The notes beneath the pieces were generated by a model that saw nothing but the letters and a program-made list of their open reading frames with translations, had not been told where the DNA came from and searched no databases. Below are positions 1 to 9,930 of a stretch of DNA of 38,633 nt, in pieces. The stretch lies in the sequence record DRR378314_363. One strand, written 5' to 3'. The position numbers and the translations under genes are program-made. How positions within the stretch are numbered: the first letter of the stretch is position 1; the number at the start of each line of letters is the position of its first letter.

Positions 1-1
1 A

Positions 2-1363
2 TGCTCGATCCAGCGCCGCAACCAAAAGGTCGTGGAAGAGGCACCGTCGCCGTTCCTTGATCCCGAGACCCGCAAGGCGATGGGGGAACAGGCGGTCGCG
101 CTTGCTAAGGCCGTGAATTATGCCAGTGCCGGAACGGTCGAATTCATCGTGGATGGGGACAAAAATTTCTACTTCCTGGAAATGAACACTCGCCTGCAGG
201 TGGAACACCCTGTCACCGAATTGATCACCGGTGTTGACCTGGTTGAACAGATGATCCGCGTCGCGGCGGGTGAAAAGCTGACCATCACGCAGGATGACGT
301 CACCCTGACTGGCTGGGCTATCGAAAACCGCCTTTATGCCGAGGACCCGTATCGCGGCTTCCTTCCCTCGATTGGCCGTTTGACCCGCTATCGTCCACCG
401 CAGGAAATCGCGGCAGGTCCGTTGCTGATAAATGACAAATGGCAAGGTGACGCGCCCGAAGGTGAAGCCGCCGTGCGTAACGATACCGGCGTTTTTGAGG
501 GCGGCGAGATCAGCATGTACTATGATCCGATGATCGCCAAGCTATGCACATGGGCGCCAACCCGTGCTCAGGCGATTGAGGCGATGCGCGTGGCTTTGGA
601 CAGCTTTGAGGTCGAAGGTATCGGACACAATCTGCCGTTCCTGTCGGCAGTTATGGACCATCCGAAGTTTGTTAGCGGAGACATGACGACGGCTTTCATC
701 GCCGAGGAATATCCAGATGGGTTCGAGGGCGTCGAATTGCCCAAAGACGATCTGCGCCGTATCGCGGCCTCCTGCGCGGCGATGCACCGGGTGGCCGAAA
801 TTCGTCGTACACGCGTTTCAGGGCGGATGGATAACCACGAACGCAAGGTCGGAACCGATTGGGTCGTCTCGCTGCAGGGGCAAGAGTTCGAGGTCACCAT
901 CGAGGCGGATCAGGGCGGTTCGACAGTGGCATTCACCGATGGTGGCGTGCTGCGGGTTACGTCTGACTGGACGCCAGGTGATCAATTGGCGGTGCTGGAT
1001 GTCGATGGAAGCCCATTGGTGTTGAAAGCCGGAAAGATATCGGGCGGGTTCCGCATCCGAAATCGCGGCGCGGACCTCAAGGTGCATGTTCGTACCCCAC
1101 GTCAGGCTGAATTGGCCCGACTGATGCCCGAGAAGCTGCCGCCCGACACGTCGAAAATGCTGCTATGCCCGATGCCCGGCCTTGTCGTGAAGATCGATGT
1201 CGAACTGGGGCAGGAGGTGCAGGAGGGGCAGGCCCTCTGCACCATCGAAGCAATGAAGATGGAGAACATTTTACGCGCCGAAAAGAAGGGCGTTGTGTCC
1301 AAGATCAACGCAGGCGCGGGCGATAGCCTTGCTGTAGACGACGTAATTATCGAATTCGAATGA
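2..1363 (+). CDS. pccA: Propionyl-CoA carboxylase alpha subunit (biotin carboxylase + biotin carrier), 5'-truncated by the window edge
   Basis: Frame is open from nt 2 (CSIQRRNQKVVEEAP). FLEMNTRLQVEHPVTE and RLYAEDP biotin-carboxylase motifs, C-terminal EAMKM biotinylation site; lies near methylmalonyl-CoA mutase. Confidence 0.93.
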   Translation, partial: CSIQRRNQKVVEEAPSPFLDPETRKAMGEQAVALAKAVNYASAGTVEFIVDGDKNFYFLEMNTRLQVEHPVTELITGVDLVEQMIRVAAGEKLTITQDDVTLTGWAIENRLYAEDPYRGFLPSIGRLTRYRPPQEIAAGPLLINDKWQGDAPEGEAAVRNDTGVFEGGEISMYYDPMIAKLCTWAPTRAQAIEAMRVALDSFEVEGIGHNLPFLSAVMDHPKFVSGDMTTAFIAEEYPDGFEGVELPKDDLRRIAASCAAMHRVAEIRRTRVSGRMDNHERKVGTDWVVSLQGQEFEVTIEADQGGSTVAFTDGGVLRVTSDWTPGDQLAVLDVDGSPLVLKAGKISGGFRIRNRGADLKVHVRTPRQAELARLMPEKLPPDTSKMLLCPMPGLVVKIDVELGQEVQEGQALCTIEAMKMENILRAEKKGVVSKINAGAGDSLAVDDVIIEFE

Positions 1364-1391
1364 TCATGACAGTGCTTTCGTCATATCGCAC

Positions 1392-1422
1392 GAAGCCTCT
1401 GGCGGTATCCGCTGGTGGTTTC
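1392..1422. terminator. Imperfect hairpin between convergent pccA and DUF4174 genes, possible terminator
   Basis: GAAGCCTCTGGCGG-TAT-CCGCTGGTGGTTTC pairs with several G-U pairs and one mismatch; no strong U-tract. Confidence 0.35.
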
Positions 1423-1439
1423 AGGCGTGGTGAAAGCGC

Positions 1440-1886
1440 TCAGCCACCCTCGCGCCGGTCGCGAATCTCGCGCTCGCGCAGGGGGGTTTTGTCGATGGAT
1501 CTGCCAATCTCGCGCACGCTCCAGGGGCTGGGTTTCCGCAACTTGACCACACCATCTTTGTCGACAAACACCATCTGGAATCCGCGTGGCCGCAGTTTTG
1601 ATCGGATCGGCGAACGCGCGGACGGGTCAGTATCGGTCAGAACGATCACGTCGCGATCACGCATTGCCTCTTCGCCCTCCAGCAGCATGTTGATCTGTTG
1701 CTGGAATCTCGGGTCTGCGGGTGTATCGGCAAAGACAATGATTGGGCGATGTGTCCATAGAAAATCGTTCAGATCGCTGTCATCGACGGGACGAACAAAG
1801 CTGTCATCCGCTGGTGTGGTTGCGTCAGCGGCTAACGTGACCAACGGGAATAGTGCCGAGAAAACAAAGGCAAGCGTGCGTTTCAT
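1440..1886 (-). CDS. Exported DUF4174-like protein
   Basis: Start MKRTLAF follows an AGGAGG RBS; signal peptide; WTHRPIIVFADTPADPRF...VDKDGVVKLR...IDKTPLR pattern typical of DUF4174. Confidence 0.8.
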   Translation of the reverse strand: MKRTLAFVFSALFPLVTLAADATTPADDSFVRPVDDSDLNDFLWTHRPIIVFADTPADPRFQQQINMLLEGEEAMRDRDVIVLTDTDPSARSPIRSKLRPRGFQMVFVDKDGVVKLRKPSPWSVREIGRSIDKTPLREREIRDRREGG

Positions 1887-2056
1887 TTGGCCTCCTGTTC
1901 TGATGAATATAGCCTCTGCTCGGGCGAATGCGACCGGCGAAATGCCTGCGGGCATCAAAAATTTGTACTTCAGGCGCAGAGTTGGTCAAAAGTTACCCAT
2001 CCGGCGGCACAGGAAACACGCTGTTTCCTTGAGCCTTCAGTCGGGTGTGTAGGCAT

Positions 2057-2872
2057 ATGGAAGTGATCCTGCATTGTGGTGCCCATCGGTGCGCAAGTAC
2101 CAGTTTCCAGAATTACCTGGGCAGGAATGAACAGGTACTTGCCGATCAGGCGATCTTGTATTGGGGGCCCGAACTTACCCGAGCCAAGGGACTTAACAGC
2201 CTGAACAAGCTGACGCCGGAGGTCTGTGAAGTCCTGCGCCGCGATTTGGACGCCTGTCAGCATGACGGTGCAACGCAGTTGCTGGTCAGCCAAGAGAACT
2301 TTGTTGGCTCGATGGAGCGCAATATTGCGTTCGCCTCACTGTATCCAAGCATGCTGGAACGGGGTCAGCTTTTGGCTGAGGCCTTTGGTGGGAAGGTAAC
2401 CAAGCTCGCCCTGAATATCAGGGCTTTGGATACGTATTGGTCTTCCTTGGCAGCCTACAAATTCAAACGCGGAAGCGATCCTATCCAGCCGATGGCGTGG
2501 AGGCGTATCGCACAGAGCGATCGAAGCTGGCGCAATGTCATCACAGATTTGAGCTGCGCGTTTCCAGGTGTCCCCTTGCTGGTTCTGCCCTTTGAAGATT
2601 TTGCAGGCCATCAGCGGGCACAGCTTGAGGTTCTGACTGGCCGCGAGGCACCTGAGTTCAGCGATGGGCTTGCTTTGAATGATGCACCCAACCCCGCGCC
2701 TTTTGGCCTGACCACAAAGCAGCGAATGAAGCTTTGGGCAGATTATTCTGAAGATTTGGAATGGCTTGCCTCTGGCGCAGATGGATTGGCCGAACTGATC
2801 TGCCGGACAGAAACAGATGCGCACGGGGCTATCCCCGGCGAAATCAGAATTGAACAAAGGAAATCGACATGA
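2057..2872 (+). CDS. Hypothetical protein with N-terminal sulfotransferase/P-loop-like motif
   Basis: [18 protein letters not shown] resembles the HxGxxKTGTTSLQ PAPS-binding loop; [10 protein letters not shown]; stop overlaps the mutase start (ATGA). Confidence 0.65.
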   Translation: MEVILHCGAHRCASTSFQNYLGRNEQVLADQAILYWGPELTRAKGLNSLNKLTPEVCEVLRRDLDACQHDGATQLLVSQENFVGSMERNIAFASLYPSMLERGQLLAEAFGGKVTKLALNIRALDTYWSSLAAYKFKRGSDPIQPMAWRRIAQSDRSWRNVITDLSCAFPGVPLLVLPFEDFAGHQRAQLEVLTGREAPEFSDGLALNDAPNPAPFGLTTKQRMKLWADYSEDLEWLASGADGLAELICRTETDAHGAIPGEIRIEQRKST

Positions 2873-4995
2873 CCGACACCAACGACTGGCGGGTGCTGGC
2901 TGAGAAAGAGCTGCGCGGGCGTCCTTTGGACGATCTGACCAAAGACACGCTCGAAGGGATCGACGTCAAACCGCTTTACACGCAGGAAGATACTGCCGAT
3001 CTGCCGCATATGGGATCGCTTCCCGGTTTCGGCCCTTTCACGCGCGGCGTGAAGGCGACGATGTATGCGGGCCGTCCGTGGACCATCCGTCAATATGCGG
3101 GGTTTTCGACGGCCGAGGAATCGAACGCGTTTTATCGCCGCAATCTTGCCGCCGGTCAGCAGGGCGTTTCGGTTGCCTTCGATCTGGCAACGCACCGCGG
3201 CTATGACAGTGATCACCCGCGCGTGGTTGGTGATGTGGGCAAGGCTGGTGTGGCCATCGACAGCGTTGAGGACATGAAGATCCTGTTCGACGGTATCCCG
3301 TTGGACAAGGTCTCGGTCTCGATGACGATGAACGGCGCGGTGATTCCGATTTTAGCGAGCTTCATCGTGGCAGGGGAAGAGCAGGGGCATGACAAATCCG
3401 TCCTGTCCGGCACCATTCAGAATGACATTCTGAAAGAATTCATGGTGCGCAACACCTATATCTACCCGCCTGAGCCGTCGATGCGGATCATCTCGGATAT
3501 CATCGACTATACCTCGAACGAGATGCCCAAGTTCAATTCGATCTCGATCTCGGGCTACCACATGCAAGAAGCCGGGGCGAACCTGGTGCAAGAGCTAGCC
3601 TATACGCTGGCCGATGGGCGCGAATATGTGCGTGCGGCGACGCAAGCAGGCATGGACGTAGACAAGTTTGCGGGCCGTCTGTCGTTCTTCTTTGCCATCG
3701 GTATGAACTTCTTCATGGAGATCGCCAAACTACGCGCTGCGCGCACCTTGTGGCATCGTGTGATGACCGAGTTCGGGGCAAAGTCCGAGCGTTCAAAAAT
3801 GCTGCGTACCCACTGCCAAACCTCAGGCGTGTCGCTGCAAGAACAGGACCCCTATAACAACGTGATCCGCACCGCCTATGAAGCGATGAGCGCTGTTCTG
3901 GGCGGTACCCAGTCGCTGCACACCAACGCGCTGGACGAAGCGATTGCACTGCCCACCGATTTCTCAGCCCGCATCGCGCGGAATACGCAGCTGGTACTGC
4001 AGGAAGAAACCGGGGTGACCGACGTGATCGATCCATTGGCCGGGTCCTACTATGTCGAAAGCCTGACCAATGAGTTGGTCGAAAAAGCCTGGGCGTTGAT
4101 GGAAGAGGTCGAAGACATGGGCGGCATGACCAAAGCCGTCGCCTCGGGCATGCCCAAGCTGCGCATTGAAGAAAGTGCAGCGCGGCGCCAGGCGATGATC
4201 GACCGGGGTGACGAAGTGATCGTGGGCGTCAACAAGTACCGCAAGGAACAAGAAGACCCGATCGACATTCTGGACGTCGATAACGTCGCTGTGCGCGAAG
4301 CACAGGTCGCGCGGCTTGAGCGTATACGTGTCACCCGTGATGAGGCCGCGTGCCAGCAGGCGCTGGACGCTTTGACCACCACTGCCCGCGAGGGTGGAAA
4401 CCTGCTGGCCGCCGCCGTTGAGGCTGCCCGCGCCCGTGCATCCGTAGGAGAGATCAGCATGGCAATGGAGAAGGAATTCGGTCGCCACCGCGCCGAGGTC
4501 AAAACCTTGGCTGGCGTCTATGGCGCGGCCTATGAGGGCGACGAAGGCTTTGCTGCGATCCAGAAATCCATCGAAGACTTCGCCGAAGCCGAGGGGCGGC
4601 GCCCCCGTCTTCTGGTCGTGAAGATGGGGCAGGATGGTCACGACCGGGGGGCCAAGGTGATCGCAACGGCATTTGCTGACATCGGGTTTGACGTAGATGT
4701 TGGCCCTCTGTTTCAGACACCTGCGGAAGCCGCACAAGACGCTGTGGACAATGATGTGCATGTCGTCGGAATCTCTTCGCAGGCAGCAGGGCATAAGACA
4801 TTGGCACCGCAATTGGTTGAAGAGCTGAAAAAGGCCGGGGCCGAGGAAATCATCGTCATCTGCGGCGGCGTTATCCCGCAGCAGGATTATCAGTTTCTCT
4901 ACGACCACGGCGTCAAGGCTATCTTCGGTCCCGGAACCAATATTCCCGACGCGGCGCAAGATATCCTGCGTTTGATCGGTGGGTCCAAGGTCTGA
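2869..4995 (+). CDS. scpA: Methylmalonyl-CoA mutase (B12-dependent)
   Basis: [31 protein letters not shown], and the B12-binding [15 protein letters not shown] (DxHxxG); 708 aa. Confidence 0.98.
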   Translation: MTDTNDWRVLAEKELRGRPLDDLTKDTLEGIDVKPLYTQEDTADLPHMGSLPGFGPFTRGVKATMYAGRPWTIRQYAGFSTAEESNAFYRRNLAAGQQGVSVAFDLATHRGYDSDHPRVVGDVGKAGVAIDSVEDMKILFDGIPLDKVSVSMTMNGAVIPILASFIVAGEEQGHDKSVLSGTIQNDILKEFMVRNTYIYPPEPSMRIISDIIDYTSNEMPKFNSISISGYHMQEAGANLVQELAYTLADGREYVRAATQAGMDVDKFAGRLSFFFAIGMNFFMEIAKLRAARTLWHRVMTEFGAKSERSKMLRTHCQTSGVSLQEQDPYNNVIRTAYEAMSAVLGGTQSLHTNALDEAIALPTDFSARIARNTQLVLQEETGVTDVIDPLAGSYYVESLTNELVEKAWALMEEVEDMGGMTKAVASGMPKLRIEESAARRQAMIDRGDEVIVGVNKYRKEQEDPIDILDVDNVAVREAQVARLERIRVTRDEAACQQALDALTTTAREGGNLLAAAVEAARARASVGEISMAMEKEFGRHRAEVKTLAGVYGAAYEGDEGFAAIQKSIEDFAEAEGRRPRLLVVKMGQDGHDRGAKVIATAFADIGFDVDVGPLFQTPAEAAQDAVDNDVHVVGISSQAAGHKTLAPQLVEELKKAGAEEIIVICGGVIPQQDYQFLYDHGVKAIFGPGTNIPDAAQDILRLIGGSKV

Positions 4996-5002
4996 CACAG
5001 GC

Positions 5003-5028
5003 CAAGATTTTTCGTACGAAAAATCTTG
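5003..5028. repeat. Perfect 26-bp palindrome just after the mutase stop codon
   Basis: CAAGATTTTTCGT|ACGAAAAATCTTG is its own reverse complement. Confidence 0.85.
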
Positions 5029-5102
5029 CGGATCAGCGCCATAACGGAAAACATGCGATCAGACCGTGAGGGTCTGGTCGTTAGTCTTTGGAGGGCGTTT
5101 TC

Positions 5103-5705
5103 ATGTTACTGGATCATCTGGCCGTTGCTGGCGAAACGCTGGAAGAGGCCTCGGCCCATATCGAAGAGGCGCTGGGCGTGCGACTGCAGGCAGGTGGCAA
5201 GCACGAAAAATTCGGAACATATAACCGGCTTTTGGGCCTGCGCGACGGGCTATATCTTGAAGCCATCGCCATCGACCCCGAAGCATCCAGCCCACAAAGG
5301 ACCCGCTGGTTCGATTTGGATCGGTTCACCGGTTCACCTCGGCTGACCAACTGGATCTGCCGCGTCTCCGATATCGAAGCATCGCTGAGTGTCTTTCCTG
5401 ATGGCGTCGGCCAGCCGATTGATCTGAACCGAGGCGCGTTGCGTTGGCGTATGGCTGTGCCGCCGAACGGGCGTTTGCCATTCGACAACCTTTTTCCGGC
5501 GCTCATCCAGTGGCAGGGTGATCTGCACCCGGCGCAAATGCTGCAAGATAGTGGCTGCCAATTGCGTCGCCTGATCGTGTGCCATCCGGATGCCTTGGAT
5601 CTGGCCAAGAACTTGGGAGCGTTGGAATCTGTCATGTTTGACAGCGGCCCGGCTGCATTGCGTGCTGAATTCGAAACACCGCACGGTTTACGTGTGCTGG
5701 AATGA
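5103..5705 (+). CDS. VOC/glyoxalase-like (Glyoxalase_3) family protein
   Basis: LDHLAV...GGKHEKFGTYNRLLGL...YLEAIAIDP...PALIQW; GGAGG RBS before MLLDH. Confidence 0.85.
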   Translation: MLLDHLAVAGETLEEASAHIEEALGVRLQAGGKHEKFGTYNRLLGLRDGLYLEAIAIDPEASSPQRTRWFDLDRFTGSPRLTNWICRVSDIEASLSVFPDGVGQPIDLNRGALRWRMAVPPNGRLPFDNLFPALIQWQGDLHPAQMLQDSGCQLRRLIVCHPDALDLAKNLGALESVMFDSGPAALRAEFETPHGLRVLE

Positions 5706-6226
5706 TCATCCGGCAGGCTTTGACCAAAGACGCGCCAGCGATTGCCACTATTGCGAATGCGCTCATCCGTGATTCGCTTGTCACATTCACCACCGACGAG
5801 CGCAGCGTCAAAAGTGTGGCTGCTGATATCGAATCCAAAGGCCCGGCATTCCTGGTCGCCGAAATCGATGGCATAGTCGCGGGTTTTGCAACCTTCGGCC
5901 CCTTCCGGTCTGGTCCCGGATACGCGCAATGCCGGGAGCATTCGATACAACTGACGCCCCAGGCCCGAGGGCAGGGTGTGGGCCGTGCGCTGATGGATGC
6001 GTTGGAGGATCGGGCGATCGCAGAAAAGGTGCATGTTTTGGTTGCGGGCATTTCATCGGCCAATCCCGCAGCCATCGCATTTCATTCAGCAATCGGTTTT
6101 GAACAGGTAGGCCGGATGCCCGAGGTCGGTTTGAAATGGGGTCAGCGGTTGGATCTTATTCTGATGCAGAAAATACTCGGCCCGCAGTCATCTGTCGCAC
6201 CTGACACTCGTGAAAAGGCAGGTTAG
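5702..6226 (+). CDS. GNAT N-acetyltransferase, phosphinothricin/methionine-sulfoximine acetyltransferase (Pat/YncA) type
   Basis: ARGQGVGRALM acetyl-CoA motif, EHSI, NPAAIAFHSAIGF, VGLKWGQRLD; ATGA overlap with the upstream gene. Confidence 0.85.
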   Translation: MIIRQALTKDAPAIATIANALIRDSLVTFTTDERSVKSVAADIESKGPAFLVAEIDGIVAGFATFGPFRSGPGYAQCREHSIQLTPQARGQGVGRALMDALEDRAIAEKVHVLVAGISSANPAAIAFHSAIGFEQVGRMPEVGLKWGQRLDLILMQKILGPQSSVAPDTREKAG

Positions 6227-6235
6227 GGTGCCCTC

Positions 6236-6916
6236 ATGTCGATCTGGACCAGAATAGCCGATGCGCTGAACGCGCTTGCTCAGGGTGAAAGCCTGACCGC
6301 AGTTTTCGAGAAGTTGCGCACGCCGCCCGAACGCTCGGTCGCCTTCGCGATTGCTGTTGTGGCGCTTGGGGCCAAGATGGCAAAAGCCGATGGTCAGGTC
6401 ACACGGGATGAGGTCACGGCCTTCCGCGAAGTGTTCCAGATCGCGCCCGAGGATGAAGGCGGGGCAGCCAAGGTCTTTGACATGGCTCGTACCGATGTCG
6501 CTGGTTATGAAGAGTATGCACGCAAGATCGCCGGGATGTTCGACGACGACAGCACGACACTGTGCGATTTGATGGAAGGTCTATTTCACATCGCCATGGC
6601 GGATGGGTTCTATCACCCAAACGAAAACGCATTTCTGGAAGATGTAAGTCATATTTTTGGTCAGACCGATGCGCAGTTCATGGCGCTACGCGCGCGATTT
6701 GTCCCGGACGCGCCGAAAGACCCTTACACGGTTTTAGGGGTTGCTCGGGATATGCCAATAACCGAGATCCGCACGGTTTGGCGGCAATTGGTGCGCGAAA
6801 CCCACCCTGACGCGATGATGGCGCGGGGCGTGCCGGAAGAAGCGGTGCGTCTGGCCGAGAAAAAGATGATCGACATCAACCGCGCCTGGGATGAGATCAA
6901 CGGCGCCCGCGTGTAA
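6236..6916 (+). CDS. djlA: DjlA-like co-chaperone (TerB domain + C-terminal J domain)
   Basis: LGAKMAKADGQVT TerB motif; DPYTVLGV...RETHPD J-domain with HPD. Confidence 0.88.
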   Translation: MSIWTRIADALNALAQGESLTAVFEKLRTPPERSVAFAIAVVALGAKMAKADGQVTRDEVTAFREVFQIAPEDEGGAAKVFDMARTDVAGYEEYARKIAGMFDDDSTTLCDLMEGLFHIAMADGFYHPNENAFLEDVSHIFGQTDAQFMALRARFVPDAPKDPYTVLGVARDMPITEIRTVWRQLVRETHPDAMMARGVPEEAVRLAEKKMIDINRAWDEINGARV

Positions 6917-6919
6917 GCC

Positions 6920-7921
6920 ATGCGTCTGGCGACCTATAATATAGAATGGTTCGCCAATCTGTTTGATCGCGATGATAGACTGATTGCTGATGACAGTTGG
7001 TCAGGACGTCGAGACGTCACCAAAGCTCAGCAGATTGAGGCGGTCGCGAAGGTTTTGACTGCGTTAGATGCTGACGCGGTACTGGTTGTAGAAGCCCCAA
7101 ATACGGGAAAAGCACAGAACACTGTTCGGGCGCTTCAGAACTATGCTGAAACATTCGACCTGCGCACGTCACATGCGGTGATGGGCTTTGCCAACGACAC
7201 CCATCAGGAACTGGCCTTGCTGTTCGATCCGAATGTTTTGAAAGCCAGGCACGAGCCAGTTGGGCAACTCGACGACAAAATAGCTCCCCGGTTTGATGGT
7301 GTGTTCCATATTGATTTGGATGTTGATGCGACCGAGGATCGGGTCCGGTTCTCGAAGCCGCCAATGGAATTGATAGTCGAGACGGCACACAACACAATCT
7401 TCCGCCTGATCGGAGCGCATCTGAAATCCAAGGCCCCCCATGGCGCAGGGTCGCGGGACGAGATGATCCGCCTTTCCATCGCCAATCGCCGCAAGCAACT
7501 GGCGCAGGCGGTTTGGCTCGCGCGACGGGTCGAAACCCACATCGAGGCGCAAGAGCCGGTTATCTTGCTGGGTGATCTGAACGACGGTCCCGGACTGGAT
7601 GAGTTCGAACATCTGTTCGGGCGTTCCTCGGTCGAGATTTTGTTGCAGGCCGGGCTTTACGATCCTCATGCGGCGCAAGCGCATCGCCGACGCCCCGGAT
7701 CAGTTTCGGCAACCGCGCGATTTGAGCGCCGGGAAGAAGGGCGTTATCTTGAGGCGCTGCTGGACTATATCATGATTAGCGATGACCTGCGTGATCGACA
7801 CCCTATTTGGCGTATCTGGCATCCATTCCGGGATGCCACGTGTTGGAGCAATTCCGAGTTACGCGATGCCTTGCTGACAGCATCCGACCACTTTCCGGTG
7901 ACGCTGGATATCGACCTGTGA
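6920..7921 (+). CDS. Endonuclease/exonuclease/phosphatase (EEP) family protein
   Basis: RLATYNIEW, HLKSK, GDLND, LDYI and SDHFPV motifs. Confidence 0.9.
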   Translation: MRLATYNIEWFANLFDRDDRLIADDSWSGRRDVTKAQQIEAVAKVLTALDADAVLVVEAPNTGKAQNTVRALQNYAETFDLRTSHAVMGFANDTHQELALLFDPNVLKARHEPVGQLDDKIAPRFDGVFHIDLDVDATEDRVRFSKPPMELIVETAHNTIFRLIGAHLKSKAPHGAGSRDEMIRLSIANRRKQLAQAVWLARRVETHIEAQEPVILLGDLNDGPGLDEFEHLFGRSSVEILLQAGLYDPHAAQAHRRRPGSVSATARFERREEGRYLEALLDYIMISDDLRDRHPIWRIWHPFRDATCWSNSELRDALLTASDHFPVTLDIDL

Positions 7922-7958
7922 CCTTTCAACTGAAACGGCCGTCGCCTATATTCATACC

Positions 7959-8336
7959 ATGCTACGTATCTTGATCATCTCTGTGGCCTGCGCTACGGCG
8001 GTCAATGCTGCCCATGCGGAAGAGGATAGCAGCAAATCTCTGATGGAGCAGGGCGCCGAGTTGTTCCTGGAAGGGCTCCGGCAGGAGATGGAGCCCGCGA
8101 TCAAGGATCTGCGCGGATTTGCAGAACAGTTTGGTCCGGCATTGCAATCGTTCATGCAGGAAATGGGTCCTGCGTTGGCCGAGTTGGCCGCTCAGGTACA
8201 GGACTGGAGCGCTTATGAAGTGCCTGAGATGTTACCCAATGGCGACATCATCATTCGCAAGAAGCCGTTTCACGAGCAACCTGACAATTCGTCCCCTCAA
8301 GGTGACGCCCCATCGGATGGTCAGACCGATATCTGA
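7959..8336 (+). CDS. Exported hypothetical protein
   Basis: Signal peptide ending AHA; helical acidic body; PEMLPNGDIIIRKK; fills the gap before convergent ppx. Confidence 0.7.
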   Translation: MLRILIISVACATAVNAAHAEEDSSKSLMEQGAELFLEGLRQEMEPAIKDLRGFAEQFGPALQSFMQEMGPALAELAAQVQDWSAYEVPEMLPNGDIIIRKKPFHEQPDNSSPQGDAPSDGQTDI

Positions 8337-9881
8337 TTAGCCCCGAAGGATAACCTTGGGTTCAGATTTCAGCGCCGCAGCCAGCGAGTTGAAACGCGCA
8401 TCTGCCACTTCGTTGAACAGAGGAGCTGCAGACTTGGGCAGGCGCAGTTCGAGCTGTTGCTTTTTGGGGTAATAGCGCAGTTTCCCCATGGCCGCGTCAT
8501 GCTGCATCCAAAGCATCGCCCCGAACCGAAGCGCTTTGCCCAGGATTTCGGCCTGTTTCTGACCGCGCTCATCCAGCAATTCATAAAGCTGGGTAAACCG
8601 GTTCACTTCGCGTTTGTTGCGATATCGGTGCTGAAGCGCGAGGCCGATAAAAATCCGTTCAGAATGCTTGATCCCGCTCATGTTCGCGCGGGTGACATAT
8701 TCGAAACAGGCTTGAGCCCTGTAATCGGGGTGCGCGCGCCAGCTGACGTCATGAAGCAGGCAGGCGGCTTTGATCAGGCGCAGCCGTTGTTTCGGGGCTG
8801 AACGGAACAACGGCTGAACAAAATCGAACAGATGTTTGCCAAAGCCGGGCAGGCGCGCATCTTTGGCTTCGGCAAAGCGGCTGGCTTCGATCAACGGGTC
8901 GCGATCGCGCAGGCGTTGCGGCATTTGTTCGTACAGCAACCCTTCACGGATGCCGTAGCTGGAAATTGCGATATCCTTGGGTTTGAAGGTCCGGATAAGA
9001 CGGGACAACACATCCATCGCGTAGGGTATCAGCGCCATGCGCGAACCTGACACTCCGGCCAATGCACGCAATTCGCTTGGGTCATTCTGCTCGATGAATT
9101 TGATGGTCTCACGTACCTGGCTTTGCGTCATGCGGTACTCGTGCAGCACATTCAGCGGATAGCCTCGGCGCAGCATGTCCAGCCGGGCGAATGCGCGCCA
9201 GCTGCCGCCGACAAGAAACAGCCGGTCCCGCTGAGGGCCCATCTTGTCGCGCATCTCTTCCAGCGTTTGCTTGATATGTGCCTTACGCGCCCGCCGCCCG
9301 CCTTTGATGTCACGCAGTTTAAGCGGACCCAAGGCCGAGGTCATGCGACGGCCAACCTTGCCGCCCCCGATCTCGGCCAGTTCGACCGAAGAACCGCCGA
9401 TGTCACAGATCAAACCATAGGCACCGGGCCATCCTAGCAGCACACCCTGGGCCGACAGGCGGGCCTCTTCCTCGCCATCAACGACATTGATGGACAGGCC
9501 GGTTTCTTCTTTCACTTGTGCGCAGAATTCGGGGCCATCTTTGGCCTCGCGCACCGCAGCGGTAGCGACAGCATGCAGAGTAGGTAGTCCAAGGTCTTTG
9601 GCCAGATACTCAAAACGATGTAACGCAGCCAGCGCCCGTACGCGCCCCAAAGGGTTCAGACGACCGGTTTCGGACAGCCCCGCGCCCAATTCACACATGA
9701 CCTTTTCATTGTAGAAATAAGCAGGTGATCGCGCCGCGCCATCAAAGATCACCATCCGGACTGAGTTGGACCCGATATCGACAACGCCAACCCGCGACAA
9801 TGCCCGGGCACCCGGATCTTCAAATATGGGCTTTCCGAAAAGCCCGTGATCAGGGAAATCGATCTCGGCAGTCTTGGTCAT
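8337..9881 (-). CDS. ppx: Ppx/GppA exopolyphosphatase
   Basis: VVDIGSNSVR, ATAAVREA, GEEEAR, DIGGSSVE, GIREG and HD-like CLLHDVSW; GGGGA RBS before MTKT. Confidence 0.93.
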   Translation of the reverse strand: MTKTAEIDFPDHGLFGKPIFEDPGARALSRVGVVDIGSNSVRMVIFDGAARSPAYFYNEKVMCELGAGLSETGRLNPLGRVRALAALHRFEYLAKDLGLPTLHAVATAAVREAKDGPEFCAQVKEETGLSINVVDGEEEARLSAQGVLLGWPGAYGLICDIGGSSVELAEIGGGKVGRRMTSALGPLKLRDIKGGRRARKAHIKQTLEEMRDKMGPQRDRLFLVGGSWRAFARLDMLRRGYPLNVLHEYRMTQSQVRETIKFIEQNDPSELRALAGVSGSRMALIPYAMDVLSRLIRTFKPKDIAISSYGIREGLLYEQMPQRLRDRDPLIEASRFAEAKDARLPGFGKHLFDFVQPLFRSAPKQRLRLIKAACLLHDVSWRAHPDYRAQACFEYVTRANMSGIKHSERIFIGLALQHRYRNKREVNRFTQLYELLDERGQKQAEILGKALRFGAMLWMQHDAAMGKLRYYPKKQQLELRLPKSAAPLFNEVADARFNSLAAALKSEPKVILRG

Positions 9882-9930
9882 GGTGTCCCCAGGAATTTTG
9901 AGCGCAGGATGCGAGATCACGTTTGCCCGG

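Noticed and set aside
1360..2052. 230-aa plus-strand ORF overlapping the pccA stop
   Set aside because: Antisense to the DUF4174 gene, which has an RBS, signal peptide and family motifs; Ser/Arg-rich composition typical of a shadow ORF.
3964..4998. 344-aa antisense ORF over the mutase
   Set aside because: Shadow ORF from GC-rich codon bias; no motifs.
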